Shown one piece after another: positions 19,610 through 30,200 of a stretch of DNA of 64,000 nt. How positions within the stretch are numbered: position 1 is the stretch's first letter; each line of letters opens with the position of its first letter. Made by a program: the position numbers and the translations under genes. This DNA comes from Bacteriovoracia bacterium (lineage in GTDB: Bacteria > Bdellovibrionota > UBA1018 > JBFWNL01). The stretch covers positions 203,825 through 267,824 of the forward strand of contig JBFWNL010000001.1 of NCBI GenBank assembly GCA_050251055.1, read 5' to 3'. The notes beneath the pieces were generated by a model that worked only from the letters and a program-made list of their open reading frames with translations, was not told where the DNA came from and made no database searches.

Positions 19610-20014
19610 TTAGCCTTTCACGGCTTCGAAGAAGGCCAGGATGTCGTCCTGGCGCGAGGAAAAAGTCTTCTGTAGCCTTTCCCAATGCTCTTCCTCGTAC
19701 TGAATCAGGGTTAGGGAGAGTTGGGCGCGCTCGGCATTTAAATTTTCCAGTTCGTCGATCTTGGCGGTCGCTTCAAAAACGAGGTTCGGGGTGGCGCCTT
19801 CGGTTTCGACCTTCAGCAAGACGTGGTGCCCGCGGGCCCCCGTGTTCACCGGAACTTCGACGGAAAGACCCTGCTCCAAGAACTCCACCAGCTGAACATC
19901 ACGCTTCTTGGGGTCCTTAAGATGTCCGCCGACCTCGGTGTTGGTGGTGATGTTCTTTAGCCCGATCTTAAGCGTGATCGATTTGAAGTCGTCGGGATTC
20001 AGGAGGTCTTCCAT
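19610..20014 (-). CDS. hypothetical protein (possibly PilZ-like fold); paralog of 52517-52909
   Basis: Shares 'NP.DFK....KI', 'LVE..EQ', 'A.GH.V.L' and 'QY...W.RL...F..RQ..I..F...KG' with the paralog. Confidence 0.65.
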   Translation of the reverse strand: MEDLLNPDDFKSITLKIGLKNITTNTEVGGHLKDPKKRDVQLVEFLEQGLSVEVPVNTGARGHHVLLKVETEGATPNLVFEATAKIDELENLNAERAQLSLTLIQYEEEHWERLQKTFSSRQDDILAFFEAVKG

Positions 20015-20073
20015 ATCCTCGATATTCTATGCTCCGGCCCTCGGGCCGGGCAACCTCAAAGACGAGGATCAGC

Positions 20074-21606
20074 TTAGCGGTTGCTGATTTCCTGCGCGTA
20101 GGCGTCTTTACCGGCCTGCAAAAGCTTCAGGTAGAGATCCTGGTCGACCACGACGCCGCTCTTCTCGTATTCAAGATAAAGCATGCGAATCAGCGAATAA
20201 GGATGCGCGCAGCCGGAGAGGGTCTGCAAAACCTGGCGGTAGGCTTCCACCACGTCTAGATCCCTGAGTTCTGGGGTGGCCATCCGGATCCGATGGAAGC
20301 GCGCGCCCGGGGTGGCGGAGCGCTCCATTGCTTTCAGTGCCGCGAGCAACGGCTCCATGGCCTTGGCTGTGCATTGGCTAGCCATGCCCGTGAGGTGGGT
20401 GTAAACGCGGTCGGATCCGCCTAGCTTGACGAACTCGATCTCGGCCTTGAGCGCGGGATCGCGCGACGGCTCGACCATGGCCTCCGCATCGTCCAGTGCC
20501 GGGAAAAATGCAAATTCGGTGGAGGGCGCTACATCCTTGGGTAAGAGTTTACGGATGGCCTTGAACTGGCGCGCGATTGCGCGCGCGGTGGAGTCCCGGC
20601 TGCTGTCCAATGCTTTCAAGAACGAGTCGAGCACGAGTTTCGTGTTCGTGGCGGTCAGGTTGGCCGCGGATGGACCGGTGAGGAAGTTCATGTACATCTT
20701 GAACCACAGGGCCAACGTCTGCTTTTGCACCTTCTCCCCGTAGCCTTTGGGCCAAAACTCGTCCGGGTCGATATAGTAGCCGCGAAGGTGATCGGGGATC
20801 GCCTTCCAGTTCAGCAGCCCTTGGGGGAGGGGGTATTTGGAGGTGCCGCCGAAGCGGCAGCCAGTCATCTTAAATCCAAGGCCCGATTTCTTAACGCGGT
20901 AATCACCTAGGCAGATCTGCTCGAAGAAAAAGTCGCGAACGTCGGGTTCGAGTTCCACTGCAAATTTGCCGACCTCGCCCAAGGCGTCGAGCTTTCCCGG
21001 GCACGCGTTCAAGGTGTCTTTTATGGTTTTCTCATTGAAGAAATATTTTTCGAGAAAAGTAAGCCAGGTCGTGGCGTAGTCTTCCGGGGTCGAGAGGTCC
21101 GGCCACGTAAATCCCGTGAAGTTAAAGAGTCCGGCTCGGCTGTTCTGAAAGATGTCGGTTACGCAAACCTGGCCTCGTAAGCAGCCTTCCTTTCGGTAGC
21201 CGACCTTGGCTTCGGCTTCGGTGGCCGCCGGTGAGTTCTTGATCTTCTCGACTGGGCATCCCTGAAACTGCTTTGCTTGCTGGGCTCGCAGGGTATCTTC
21301 GTGCTGGGTGAGTCTTGAACACACCTCGGCGTCGCAACCATTGGTAATTGTCACGGTCTGCATGCGGTGGCACGCCGCCACGAATTCCCGGCATTTTAAG
21401 TCGTCGGGACCTTTGCCATCAAGATCAGTCCAAAGGCGCAAACAATAGTCCCGCGCGGTACTGCCGTAAGACTCGACGCCCGCGTAGTACTGGAAAAAAC
21501 CGTGAAAGTAGATGCCGTCAAAGTCGCAATCAGCGGACGCGGAAACCGGAGTTCCGAGGAGCCCCCAAGCCAAACCGATGGTCATAAGCGTGCCAGATAG
21601 CTTCAT
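20074..21606 (-). CDS. secreted Cys-motif protein E (paralog of 32998-34425)
   Basis: ATG at 21606 overlaps the upstream stop (ATGA). Signal peptide ending ASA|; Cx6C motif; C-terminus aligns with protein A. Confidence 0.75.
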   Translation of the reverse strand: MKLSGTLMTIGLAWGLLGTPVSASADCDFDGIYFHGFFQYYAGVESYGSTARDYCLRLWTDLDGKGPDDLKCREFVAACHRMQTVTITNGCDAEVCSRLTQHEDTLRAQQAKQFQGCPVEKIKNSPAATEAEAKVGYRKEGCLRGQVCVTDIFQNSRAGLFNFTGFTWPDLSTPEDYATTWLTFLEKYFFNEKTIKDTLNACPGKLDALGEVGKFAVELEPDVRDFFFEQICLGDYRVKKSGLGFKMTGCRFGGTSKYPLPQGLLNWKAIPDHLRGYYIDPDEFWPKGYGEKVQKQTLALWFKMYMNFLTGPSAANLTATNTKLVLDSFLKALDSSRDSTARAIARQFKAIRKLLPKDVAPSTEFAFFPALDDAEAMVEPSRDPALKAEIEFVKLGGSDRVYTHLTGMASQCTAKAMEPLLAALKAMERSATPGARFHRIRMATPELRDLDVVEAYRQVLQTLSGCAHPYSLIRMLYLEYEKSGVVVDQDLYLKLLQAGKDAYAQEISNR

Positions 21607-22999
21607 GGTGCGCCGATCTCCGTTTGGAGTTGATCCAGATAGGTTTTTGCTCGGGCGGTCGTATCTTGATACAGAGAAAACCAGCGTACCCGCTCGCCGA
21701 TGACGGGGCGATCGAGCTGTAAAAATTTCGCCAGTGCTTCCGCCGAGAATAGACGCTGTAGGCGCCTCGCCGGGCTCTCTGTGCGGTCGGTGATCACCGC
21801 CTCCATCGTAGCGATATAAACATAGGCGGCAACCGCCTGCCTTTGGGAGGCAATCGCGACCGGCCACCGGGAAGGCTCGCTATCTAAGGTGGACGCAATA
21901 CGAACCAGCGCCGGCAAAATAGCCGGGTTTTCACGCACAGCGGTCTGGATTTTTTCTCCGGCCAGTGGGAGCGAGTCCTTCGTGCGGAAGTTTTCGATCA
22001 CCGCGTGATGCGGAGCGGTTTTAATCTCCGGAAATGTCAATTCCGCAGGCGTGTCCGCGGCGCTGAGCCCTCGGCGTATGGCTTCGTCAACGTAAAGCTG
22101 GGCCAAGGGTTGATAGAGGCGCGCGCGGCTCATGCCTTTGGGGTATCTTTCGCCACTGACATGGGCCAAGAAGTCACGAAGGTCGCGCACAAGTCCGGAG
22201 TCGGATTGGTCACCCGCGGTCACAAGCCGCTCGTGGAGGGTGCGTAGATAAGCTTGCAAAAAGCGATCGTGGTAGAGGTGGGCGTATAATTCGACTTCGA
22301 ATGTGCCCAGCTTAATTTTCTCCGTTCTCCCGAAGAAATTGATTTTTTGAACGATCGGCTTATCGGATTTGGGGTACATGCCGAGAATCACCCGCTCGTA
22401 GTCAGCGAACGAAATTTTTGGATCAAGTCTAGGGATGACGGTGGTCGGGTAAGCATCCCACGGGCGCTGGCCGCCAATAGATGATCCGAAATGGGGATGC
22501 ACGGTGGTGATGAGTTCCTGCCACGCTTCTTGAGCCTCTTTCACCGAAGCCGTGGGCAAGGTACCGCCCACCGACAGCACGGGTGCGCCGCGGTCGGTGT
22601 ATTCCACCCCGCAAGCGTGCCATTCGGGAGGCCCATTTCTGCGTCCCCCGCTCGCGCGGAGAATGGTTCGCAGTATTCTAATGTTTCCTGCCATTCTTTT
22701 GTCCCGAAGTCGACCTTGGGAGCAGGCGGCGTGGGGGGAAGAATCGTCTGGCAAAGCGCGCGATCCTGCTCGTCGTGCGGATAAGGACCGCCGGGCTCTC
22801 CCGGTTTAGTCCTCAGTAGCTGACGGCACACGCGTCGGTAGAGCGCGCATTCGTCCGAAGCCTTCTCCTGGGTTCCTGGACATTGACGTTGCAAATCGGC
22901 TCGGATGAGTTCGGATGCGAAAAATTCATGGGCCTGCGCTGACGTCACGCCACCGAGGAGCACGATCGACGTTAAGGAAAAGAGTCCAAGACGGTTCAC
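21603..22999 (-). pseudogene. secreted Cys-motif protein D, split by a frameshift (ORFs 22541-22999 and 21603-22754)
   Basis: The N-terminal ORF has a signal peptide, Cx6C and DRALC. The overlapping ORF carries the family C-terminus 'LQLDRPV.GERVRW..YQD' seen in B and C. Confidence 0.65.
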
Positions 23000-23988
23000 T
23001 TTTTCTTCTCCTTACCGTTTTTCTTAGGGGTTTCCACGACGCTTTTTCCTTCGAGTTTGGGCCAGAGTTGCTCAATGTGTCCGACGCTAGTGAAGTTTTT
23101 CGCGGCCCCTTCCGTATCAATGCGGATATCCGCAAGCAGCCGGCGGTGGGACTCGGCGACGGCGTCGAGGCTCTTGCCCAAGAAGGCAGCGGGGGTTCCG
23201 CAGACAGCCGATACCTTGCCCACCACATACTCGGTGCCACTGACGACCATGGGCGGGAGTTCTTGGTATATCGACTTGAGGATTCCGATTACTTCGCCAG
23301 AGTTATTGAGCAGGGGGCTGCCGGAATTTCCGGGGCGCGCGGTACAGCCTTTCATATCGACGTTTAGCTTTTCGAAGCCGGTGGTAGAGCACATCTCGAT
23401 GTCGAGCGTGGCGAGATACCCGATGCGGGGTTCGGAAATATAGCGAGCATCGAAAGTGGATGAAATCTTCCAGGGATGCTTCGGAAAGGAATCGGACTTC
23501 GCCGCAATCGGAAGCGGTTCCACGCCTCGGATGGAAACCGGCTCCTCAAGCTCCAAGATCGCGATGTCCTGTTCAGTGCTGTCATAGGTGATCGCGGTCA
23601 TTTGGTACGTTTGGATCTTGCTTACCGCCGCTACGGCGTTTGAGGCGAGATTTGCATCTTGGGGAAACTCACGAAAGATCGCCTGGACGCGGACAAATTG
23701 CTCCGGCCGCCGCGCGATGCAATGGTGGTTCGTCATTACGAACTGTGAGCCGATGAGGAAGCCCGTACACGCGCTGATGTCGTCCATCTTTTCGCCAGCC
23801 GGTGTTTTCATGAGCTTTTCGACGACGAGGGTGGCCACGGCGGCGCGTGCGCGCGCGACGCCCTCGGGCATCACGGTGCTTAAATCGCTCGAGTCCGCGA
23901 GGGCGGCACTCGATGTGAACCCGAGCGCAAGGGCTAGCGGCAGCGCCAGTCCCGCGGGGGAGAAGCCGTCAGTGGATCTCGATCGCAT
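22996..23988 (-). CDS. secreted trypsin-like serine protease (copy 2)
   Basis: Signal peptide ending ALA|; triad TNHHC, QDIAIL, PGNSGSP. Confidence 0.88.
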   Translation of the reverse strand: MRSRSTDGFSPAGLALPLALALGFTSSAALADSSDLSTVMPEGVARARAAVATLVVEKLMKTPAGEKMDDISACTGFLIGSQFVMTNHHCIARRPEQFVRVQAIFREFPQDANLASNAVAAVSKIQTYQMTAITYDSTEQDIAILELEEPVSIRGVEPLPIAAKSDSFPKHPWKISSTFDARYISEPRIGYLATLDIEMCSTTGFEKLNVDMKGCTARPGNSGSPLLNNSGEVIGILKSIYQELPPMVVSGTEYVVGKVSAVCGTPAAFLGKSLDAVAESHRRLLADIRIDTEGAAKNFTSVGHIEQLWPKLEGKSVVETPKKNGKEKKK

Positions 23989-26900
23989 ACCCTTCGTCCT
24001 TCGTGCCTTGCCCCTCTACGACCACGCGCAAAGTTTTTCCGGCCAAGTCGTTTAGCGTCAGCGTAGGCTTGCCAGTCGCCGGGTCCTTGTGCTCAAGCAT
24101 TGCGCCAAGGAGGTCATAAAAGAGCGTATTGAGGAGGTAATCCAATCCGGTTTCCAGGGGACGCGCGCCCGTACTGTCGCGCCCGTAGTTATCCCGTACA
24201 AGCTTCTCGTAAACCGGCTCGGAGAACTCGATCTTGTAAGTCGCCTTGGGGCGCTTGGCGAGCGCGTCCTTGGCCATGAGCTTCGCTAGCGCCAAGCCTT
24301 CTTCTTGATTGAGGTTGGTGTAAACTAGCCAGTTTTCGAGCGGGATACGCCCGATCGTCCAGTCGGGCATCGCGTTCTTGGCCCGCATCTCCCCTTGAAT
24401 TTCTTTAATCAAAGCGTTCTGGGAGACCATCAGCTGTTGTTTATTGTAGTTCCGCCAGTCGGGGTTAGCCTCTTCCCAGGCCTTGATTTTCCCGATACCA
24501 AAGTTCGACGTCATGAAGATCACCCCGCGGTTGAACACGGCTTTGGCGCCGCTCGTGCTTTTGATCCAGCCTTCATCGAAGAGCACGTCAAACGCCGTGA
24601 TGATTTCTCGATTCGCCTTGTCCACTTCGTCAAACAGCACGAGGCCCGTTTTGTTCTGGTTCATGAAGTCGATGAGCGGCGCGCTGCCGTACCCGACATA
24701 CCCATGCGGCGGACCGAGCAGGCCGTCGACCTTGTGCTCTTCCTTGAACTGCTCCATTTGCCAGGACTCCATCTTGACGCCGAAGTAGCCGGAAAGGGTC
24801 TTGCCGGTGAAAGTTTTGCCGGTCCCCGAGCCGCCGAGAGCCAAGAATAGGCAAACGGGTTTGTTGGGCACGATGCCGCCCTGATAAACACGCCGGCGAA
24901 AGCAGTCGACTACCCGGTCCTTCATGCCGCGTTGACCGATGATCTTGGCGTCTAGTGCGGCGCGGAGGGCCATCACTTTTTCCTCGTCCACGTAAGGAAC
25001 GGGGATCGTCATTTTCTTCGTGGCGGCGAGCAGGTCCGGCAGTTCCACTTGCGCGGATCCCGCGACCCCTTGCAGTGACATCTTTTCGGCAAGCGCCGTG
25101 ACCGCTTCTTCCAGAATGACCATGTCCGAGGCGGGGTGTGGCGTTTCCGGGAGCTGAGTGCCGGCGATTTCAATAAGCTTGCTTTCGAGTCCTGCCGCTA
25201 AGCCGACGCCGCGTTCGGCCGCGAAGGCGTCCGCCCGCATGCGGATGAATTGGGGGAGTTCACGCTTCATGTCGTAGTCGGGAAAAGCGTGGTCGTGCAA
25301 GGTAATCCGTAGCGCTTGCTTTTGATTGAGTTCGCTCGTCTGCTCGTTATTGCCCGAGGTGCTGGCGATCACGATTACCTGGCCCGACTGGGCAGCGGTG
25401 AGAAGGTCGTCGATGAGATCCCCGCCGTTACCGCCCATGCCGATCATCCGCTCGAGATTACGGAAAAAGAGGATAACGCGCTTGTAGCGGGCGGCCGCGA
25501 TGATGTTGGACATCTTTTCCTTCGAGAGGTCGGCTTTGCCCTGGGTGCCCAGGCTCGCGATGTCGATTTCGAAGATGTCCCAGGCGGCGGCAGAATCCTC
25601 GGGCGCTTTGGCGAGCTCTTGGGCGAGGCGGATGACGAGATCGGATGCATCCATGGCTTCGCCCGCTCGAATCATAATATTGCGTGGCTTCTCGAAGTTC
25701 ACCCGTTTACGAAACTCTTCGTAACGCACGGGCAGAAGGGGGCCGGGGCCGACCCGTCCTTGGCGCACGCCGGTAACGAGCGAGCGGCCAAATTTCTCGA
25801 TGGAAGCCGAGGCGGTCTCATCGAACGGCGCACGTACGGCCACGATTTCGGCGGCGGCTGCGGGCTTGCCATTCGGCCCGGCGGCTCGCGGACGCGTAAA
25901 GGTTTGCGAGAGGTTTTCCTGACGATTCACCATCTGGATGCCGTTGATATCGAGCACGAACTGATATTTTCGCGCGTAGTCGTTCCAGTCGAGCTTAAGC
26001 TTGTCGTTCAGAACCGTCTGCTGGCCGTCTTTACCCCAGAACTCCAGCGAAATGAGCCCTTCCCGTTGAAGTACGACATAGACACCATCGGCATTGGGAT
26101 AGGCTTGGGCCGGACAGCTGCCGAACGAGCGCGACTCCGTCGCGGATGACCACACGAGGTTGCCCGTAAGAAAGAACATCTTCGATTTGCCGGGTTCGTA
26201 AAGCTCGATTTTATACTGACCGCTCGGATCGAGGATGCGGGAGTTTGGCTCCGGCCAAATTGAGGCCGGCGTCTGTCCGGGAGGAGATACCTGCGGCTGC
26301 GCGGCGAGAGTGCGCGAAGCCGTGGTGGGAAGGGAAGTCGTGGGGCCTCCCTGTTTTCTTTCCTTCTTCTCCTTGGCTTCCGCTTCGGCTTCTTCTTCCT
26401 TGTCTTTTTCGGCGGGCGGCGCGTCGGGCTTTTTGCCGCCGGCAGCTTCCGGCGTTTTCTTCGGACCAGTGGCGTTACCGCCACCGCTGGCAGCCTTGAG
26501 CTCGGTTTGGACGGCCTCCGATTCAACGCTAAAAATTTCCCCGAGAGCCGAGCGTAGATCTTGCGCCTTGGTCTCCGGATTTAAGAAGAAGGTTTTGCCT
26601 TCGTTATCGGCCGTGATCTTATCGAGCTGGTCGGCGTACATTTTGTCCTGGCCGACGTGCACGACGCTGAATCCATTTTTGCAGGCGGACTTATGTTTAG
26701 GCAAGGTGGCCATGAGCCGCTCGGGGCCGGCTCCACCACAGCTATGCTCACCGTCGGTGAGCAGCACGACTTGCAGGCAGCCTCCACCCGCATAGGCGTC
26801 CATTTCCTTGTTCGCCAAGGTCAACGCGCCCGTGATGTCGGTGGCCCCCCCACAGACGATCGAGTTCATGGCCGCCATGAATTCTCCACCGTTGTATTCC

Positions 26901-27226
26901 TTGCCCACTCGAATGAGCACGTTGGCGGTGCCGGGCCCGCATCCGTTAAACGTAATAAGCCCGAGGGAGTACGGGTTTTTTTTCTTATCGAGCTTTGCCA
27001 CGATATCCGCCGCCGTAAGCTGCACCTGGTGCAGCATTCCTTCCGGAGGAGTCATCGAACCCGAGATGTCGAGCACGAACAGGAAATCTTTGCGGGCACC
27101 GCGGACGATTCCGGCGTCGCCTCCGACCGGAGGGTCAGCCAGGGCGTTCAAGTAGGTGAGTCCCAGGAGAAGCGTCGTCACCCAAAAGGATCGAACCAAG
27201 AATGGCAAGTAACGGGCGCGGCTCAT
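23969..27226 (-). CDS. signal peptide + VWA + Clp/Hsp100-like AAA+ protein (degenerate D1, intact D2)
   Basis: N-terminus ends ALA|DPP. MIDAS DISGS..T..LLTDG. D2 has GGSGTGKT, GPPHGYVGY, LFDEVDKA, TSN and GARPL. Confidence 0.85.
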   Translation of the reverse strand: MSRARYLPFLVRSFWVTTLLLGLTYLNALADPPVGGDAGIVRGARKDFLFVLDISGSMTPPEGMLHQVQLTAADIVAKLDKKKNPYSLGLITFNGCGPGTANVLIRVGKEYNGGEFMAAMNSIVCGGATDITGALTLANKEMDAYAGGGCLQVVLLTDGEHSCGGAGPERLMATLPKHKSACKNGFSVVHVGQDKMYADQLDKITADNEGKTFFLNPETKAQDLRSALGEIFSVESEAVQTELKAASGGGNATGPKKTPEAAGGKKPDAPPAEKDKEEEAEAEAKEKKERKQGGPTTSLPTTASRTLAAQPQVSPPGQTPASIWPEPNSRILDPSGQYKIELYEPGKSKMFFLTGNLVWSSATESRSFGSCPAQAYPNADGVYVVLQREGLISLEFWGKDGQQTVLNDKLKLDWNDYARKYQFVLDINGIQMVNRQENLSQTFTRPRAAGPNGKPAAAAEIVAVRAPFDETASASIEKFGRSLVTGVRQGRVGPGPLLPVRYEEFRKRVNFEKPRNIMIRAGEAMDASDLVIRLAQELAKAPEDSAAAWDIFEIDIASLGTQGKADLSKEKMSNIIAAARYKRVILFFRNLERMIGMGGNGGDLIDDLLTAAQSGQVIVIASTSGNNEQTSELNQKQALRITLHDHAFPDYDMKRELPQFIRMRADAFAAERGVGLAAGLESKLIEIAGTQLPETPHPASDMVILEEAVTALAEKMSLQGVAGSAQVELPDLLAATKKMTIPVPYVDEEKVMALRAALDAKIIGQRGMKDRVVDCFRRRVYQGGIVPNKPVCLFLALGGSGTGKTFTGKTLSGYFGVKMESWQMEQFKEEHKVDGLLGPPHGYVGYGSAPLIDFMNQNKTGLVLFDEVDKANREIITAFDVLFDEGWIKSTSGAKAVFNRGVIFMTSNFGIGKIKAWEEANPDWRNYNKQQLMVSQNALIKEIQGEMRAKNAMPDWTIGRIPLENWLVYTNLNQEEGLALAKLMAKDALAKRPKATYKIEFSEPVYEKLVRDNYGRDSTGARPLETGLDYLLNTLFYDLLGAMLEHKDPATGKPTLTLNDLAGKTLRVVVEGQGTKDEGYAIEIH

Positions 27227-30200
27227 TTTTCACCTCCGGCGACGAAGTCCGACGTGATTAGGTTTTTCCGGTCGAGCTGCTTCTGGATTTCGGGATCTTC
27301 GAGGTTGGTGATGACTTCGAGTTTTCCGTTTGGCATCAGCACAATGTAAAAGTCATGGAGATCCGCAAGCGAGTCTTCCGTCAGGGTTTCCTGGATTTGG
27401 TTGAATTTTTCCGCGACCTTGGTGAAGACTTCATTGTCGAGCGTGTTCTTGATCGTGTGTCCGTTGCCGGCGTTCGCGTTGCGGTTCTTGTCGCTGGCGG
27501 CCATGCCTTGGCGGACGACTTTAAGCGCGTAGCCGCGAGAAAGGTGGATCTTCACGGGGCGATTCCAGTTGTCTTTTAGGCGCGTTTCCAGGCGCTTGAG
27601 CTGAAGCGCGAGCACGCCCAAACCTTGATCTTCGGTAAATGGGGTGAAGATGCAAACCTTGCTCGAAATCCGGCTCCAGATGAAGTCGGGGATCTGCCCG
27701 CGCTCGAGATTCTCCTCGTTCGTGCGCACCAGCCCGCCTTGGGCGATGCGGTCGATAAAGAGCGCCTCGTTGTCGGCGTTGACTTCGGCCATGCCGGATT
27801 CGAGTGAAATCGCCTGAATGTCCTTCGCCGCGTAATTGGCGGTGAGGATTACGAGGGTGCTGCGGAAGTCGAGGTAGTCATCGTCGTTCTCGCCGGATAA
27901 GGGGTAGCGTCCTTCCTCGAGAATGGGGTGCAGGGCCTTAATGACGTCGGGCTCGGCCTTGTCGATTTCGTCAAACAACACAATCCGGGGCTTGCTGCCC
28001 ATTTCCTTGAGCTTGGCGGCATCTTTGGACGAGATGAGCTGCGAAGGACCGGCGGCCAAGTTGATTGTATAGAGGGGGAACTTGAGCACATCGGCGAGCG
28101 CGCGAGCGCTTTCGGTTTTGCCCACTCCTTTGGGGCCGATGAAGAGAAACGTCCCGTAGCCGCGCGTCTTGTCGTACATGCGGGTCCGGATCATAGAAGC
28201 CGCCTGGGCGAGGCGCTCGATCGCGCGATCGTGGCCGACGATGCGCTGGTGCATTGCCGCTTTGAAGGAGTCGTCGTCGTGGGAAATTAATTTGACCTGG
28301 TAGGTCGCCTCCGCGAACTGTCCCAGAACCTCGGTGTTTACGAGGGTCGGCTGATTGCCGGAAACGGCGGCTTGCTGGGTGCGGGCGTAAGCGCCAATTT
28401 CCGCGAGCGTGGTGAGGGTCCGCTCAGGTTCGGCGAGTTCCGGGTGAAATTGCGCGGACATTTCGAAGACGCGAGCCAGGACGTCGTCGCGGAATTGGAC
28501 GGCGTGACGCATCTGGATCTGGTAGAGCTGGGATCGGACGATGGCGCGGAGTACGTCGCCCTGGGGTGGCTGTACGTAAATGGTGCGGGCCAGGGTGTCG
28601 AGCACCGGGTTGTTCTTCTTGGCTTGTTCCCAGTGCTTATCTTCCGTAATGGTGACGATGAGCATGGAGCGGCTTTCGAGGTCGCTTACGTCGTTGCCGT
28701 TCGCCAAGCTGTTGAATGCGCCCATGAGCAAAGTCAGCTGTTCGCTCGCTCCCATGTTTCCTTGCTGTTTAAGGAAATTGTCGATCACGAGCGCGGCGCG
28801 CTTGCGCCAGAATACCTTACGCAGCTCGCCCCACGGGTTCGGCGCGGTCTTCGCCGCGTCGTTCGGCCCTGCGCTTGCCCGGGCGTTTTCGATTTTGATC
28901 CCGGCTTCCCAAGTGGATTGGATTTTTTCGGGGGGAATTCCGATCAATTTAAAACTCTCGATCTCGCGCGGCAGGGTCAGCTTGTTAGCCCACGCCAGCT
29001 GGTTCGCTAGGTCTTGGACCACGTCGGCGGCATTCACCCCGCGAGGAGCCACGATATTGATCCAGCCCGTGGAGCCGTAGACGAGGTTGCCTAACAGGGC
29101 CTGTGAGTATTCGGGGCGGTGGACGACATTCATGCTCTCGCCGAGCTCCGCGCGCTGGGTATAGTCGGTGAATTTGTGCTCGCGCAGGACTTTGTGGTCT
29201 TCGTCGCTCAGGCGGTTACGGAGGCTGTAGTTCGCGGTTTCGAGCTCGGACCCGTCGTAGAGCACCAGATAGCGCTCCCATTGCCCGTTGGCATTGCGAT
29301 TCTGCACCGTGGCTTGGTTATTGATGATTGAAAACTTCTTGCTTGCGTTGCCGGGACGGGAAAAGGAAACGCGGACGGATTGGGTGCGCGTGTCGTACTT
29401 CAGGAAAGAGAGCTTCTGCGAGGCGGATTCGCTCAGATCGCCCTCCAGAAAAAAGATGCCTTCGCGGATGATCGAGACGCGCATCGCGAGCTGGGAAAGA
29501 TCGAAGTTCGCGGGGGCGAGTTCGGTTAGCGCTCCCTCTTGGGTGGCATAGTATAAAGCGGCTCGCTTACTCTGCGGGGATTGGCCTACGAAGTAAAAGC
29601 CGGACGAAGATACGTCGCTCGTCACGATCTGGCTAAACGGGGTTACGGGAAAATCCTTCACTTGTTTTCCGTCGTTGCTGGCGTAGGTCAGGATTTTCTG
29701 GCCATTTACCTTGCGGGTGACGAGCACGCCGCCGGCGATGGGGTAGAGATCTCCCGCGGAGGGCGGCGTTCCTGGCAAGATGAGGCGCTTCTCATCGATT
29801 TCGAAGCGTAGTTTGGCGTTCTGGCGAAGTACCCAAGGGAGGGCATTGGGGTTGCCGACTTGAATGCTCACGAAGCCGATTTGGTAGCTGCCGTTTCCGC
29901 TATTTTGCGCTACTTGCGGGATCGCGGGCTTTGGTTCACCGGGGCCCGCGATTTTCACGTCGCGCGTCAGTGTGCCGGGCTGATCGGGGTTGTCGATGAC
30001 ACAAGAAGCGACGTTGTATTGCGCGACGATCCCGCCGTTTCCGCGCTCCAGGGTCAAGGAGGTCTGGTCTTGATAGTAAAGGCCGGGCTTAATCGTCGCC
30101 TTGTATCCGTCTTTTCTGAGTCGCGCCTGAAGGAGCGTGGCCTCGTCTTCGGGGAGCGCGAAGTAATGGTAAGAAGGAGCGGTGCCTTTGGCTGCCTGGG

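Noticed and set aside
21607-21867. N-terminal extension of ORF 20074-21867 (similarly 31641-31715, 52337-52516 and 52698-52928)
   Set aside because: These overlap neighbouring genes. Downstream ATGs give signal peptides, SD sequences or coupled starts.
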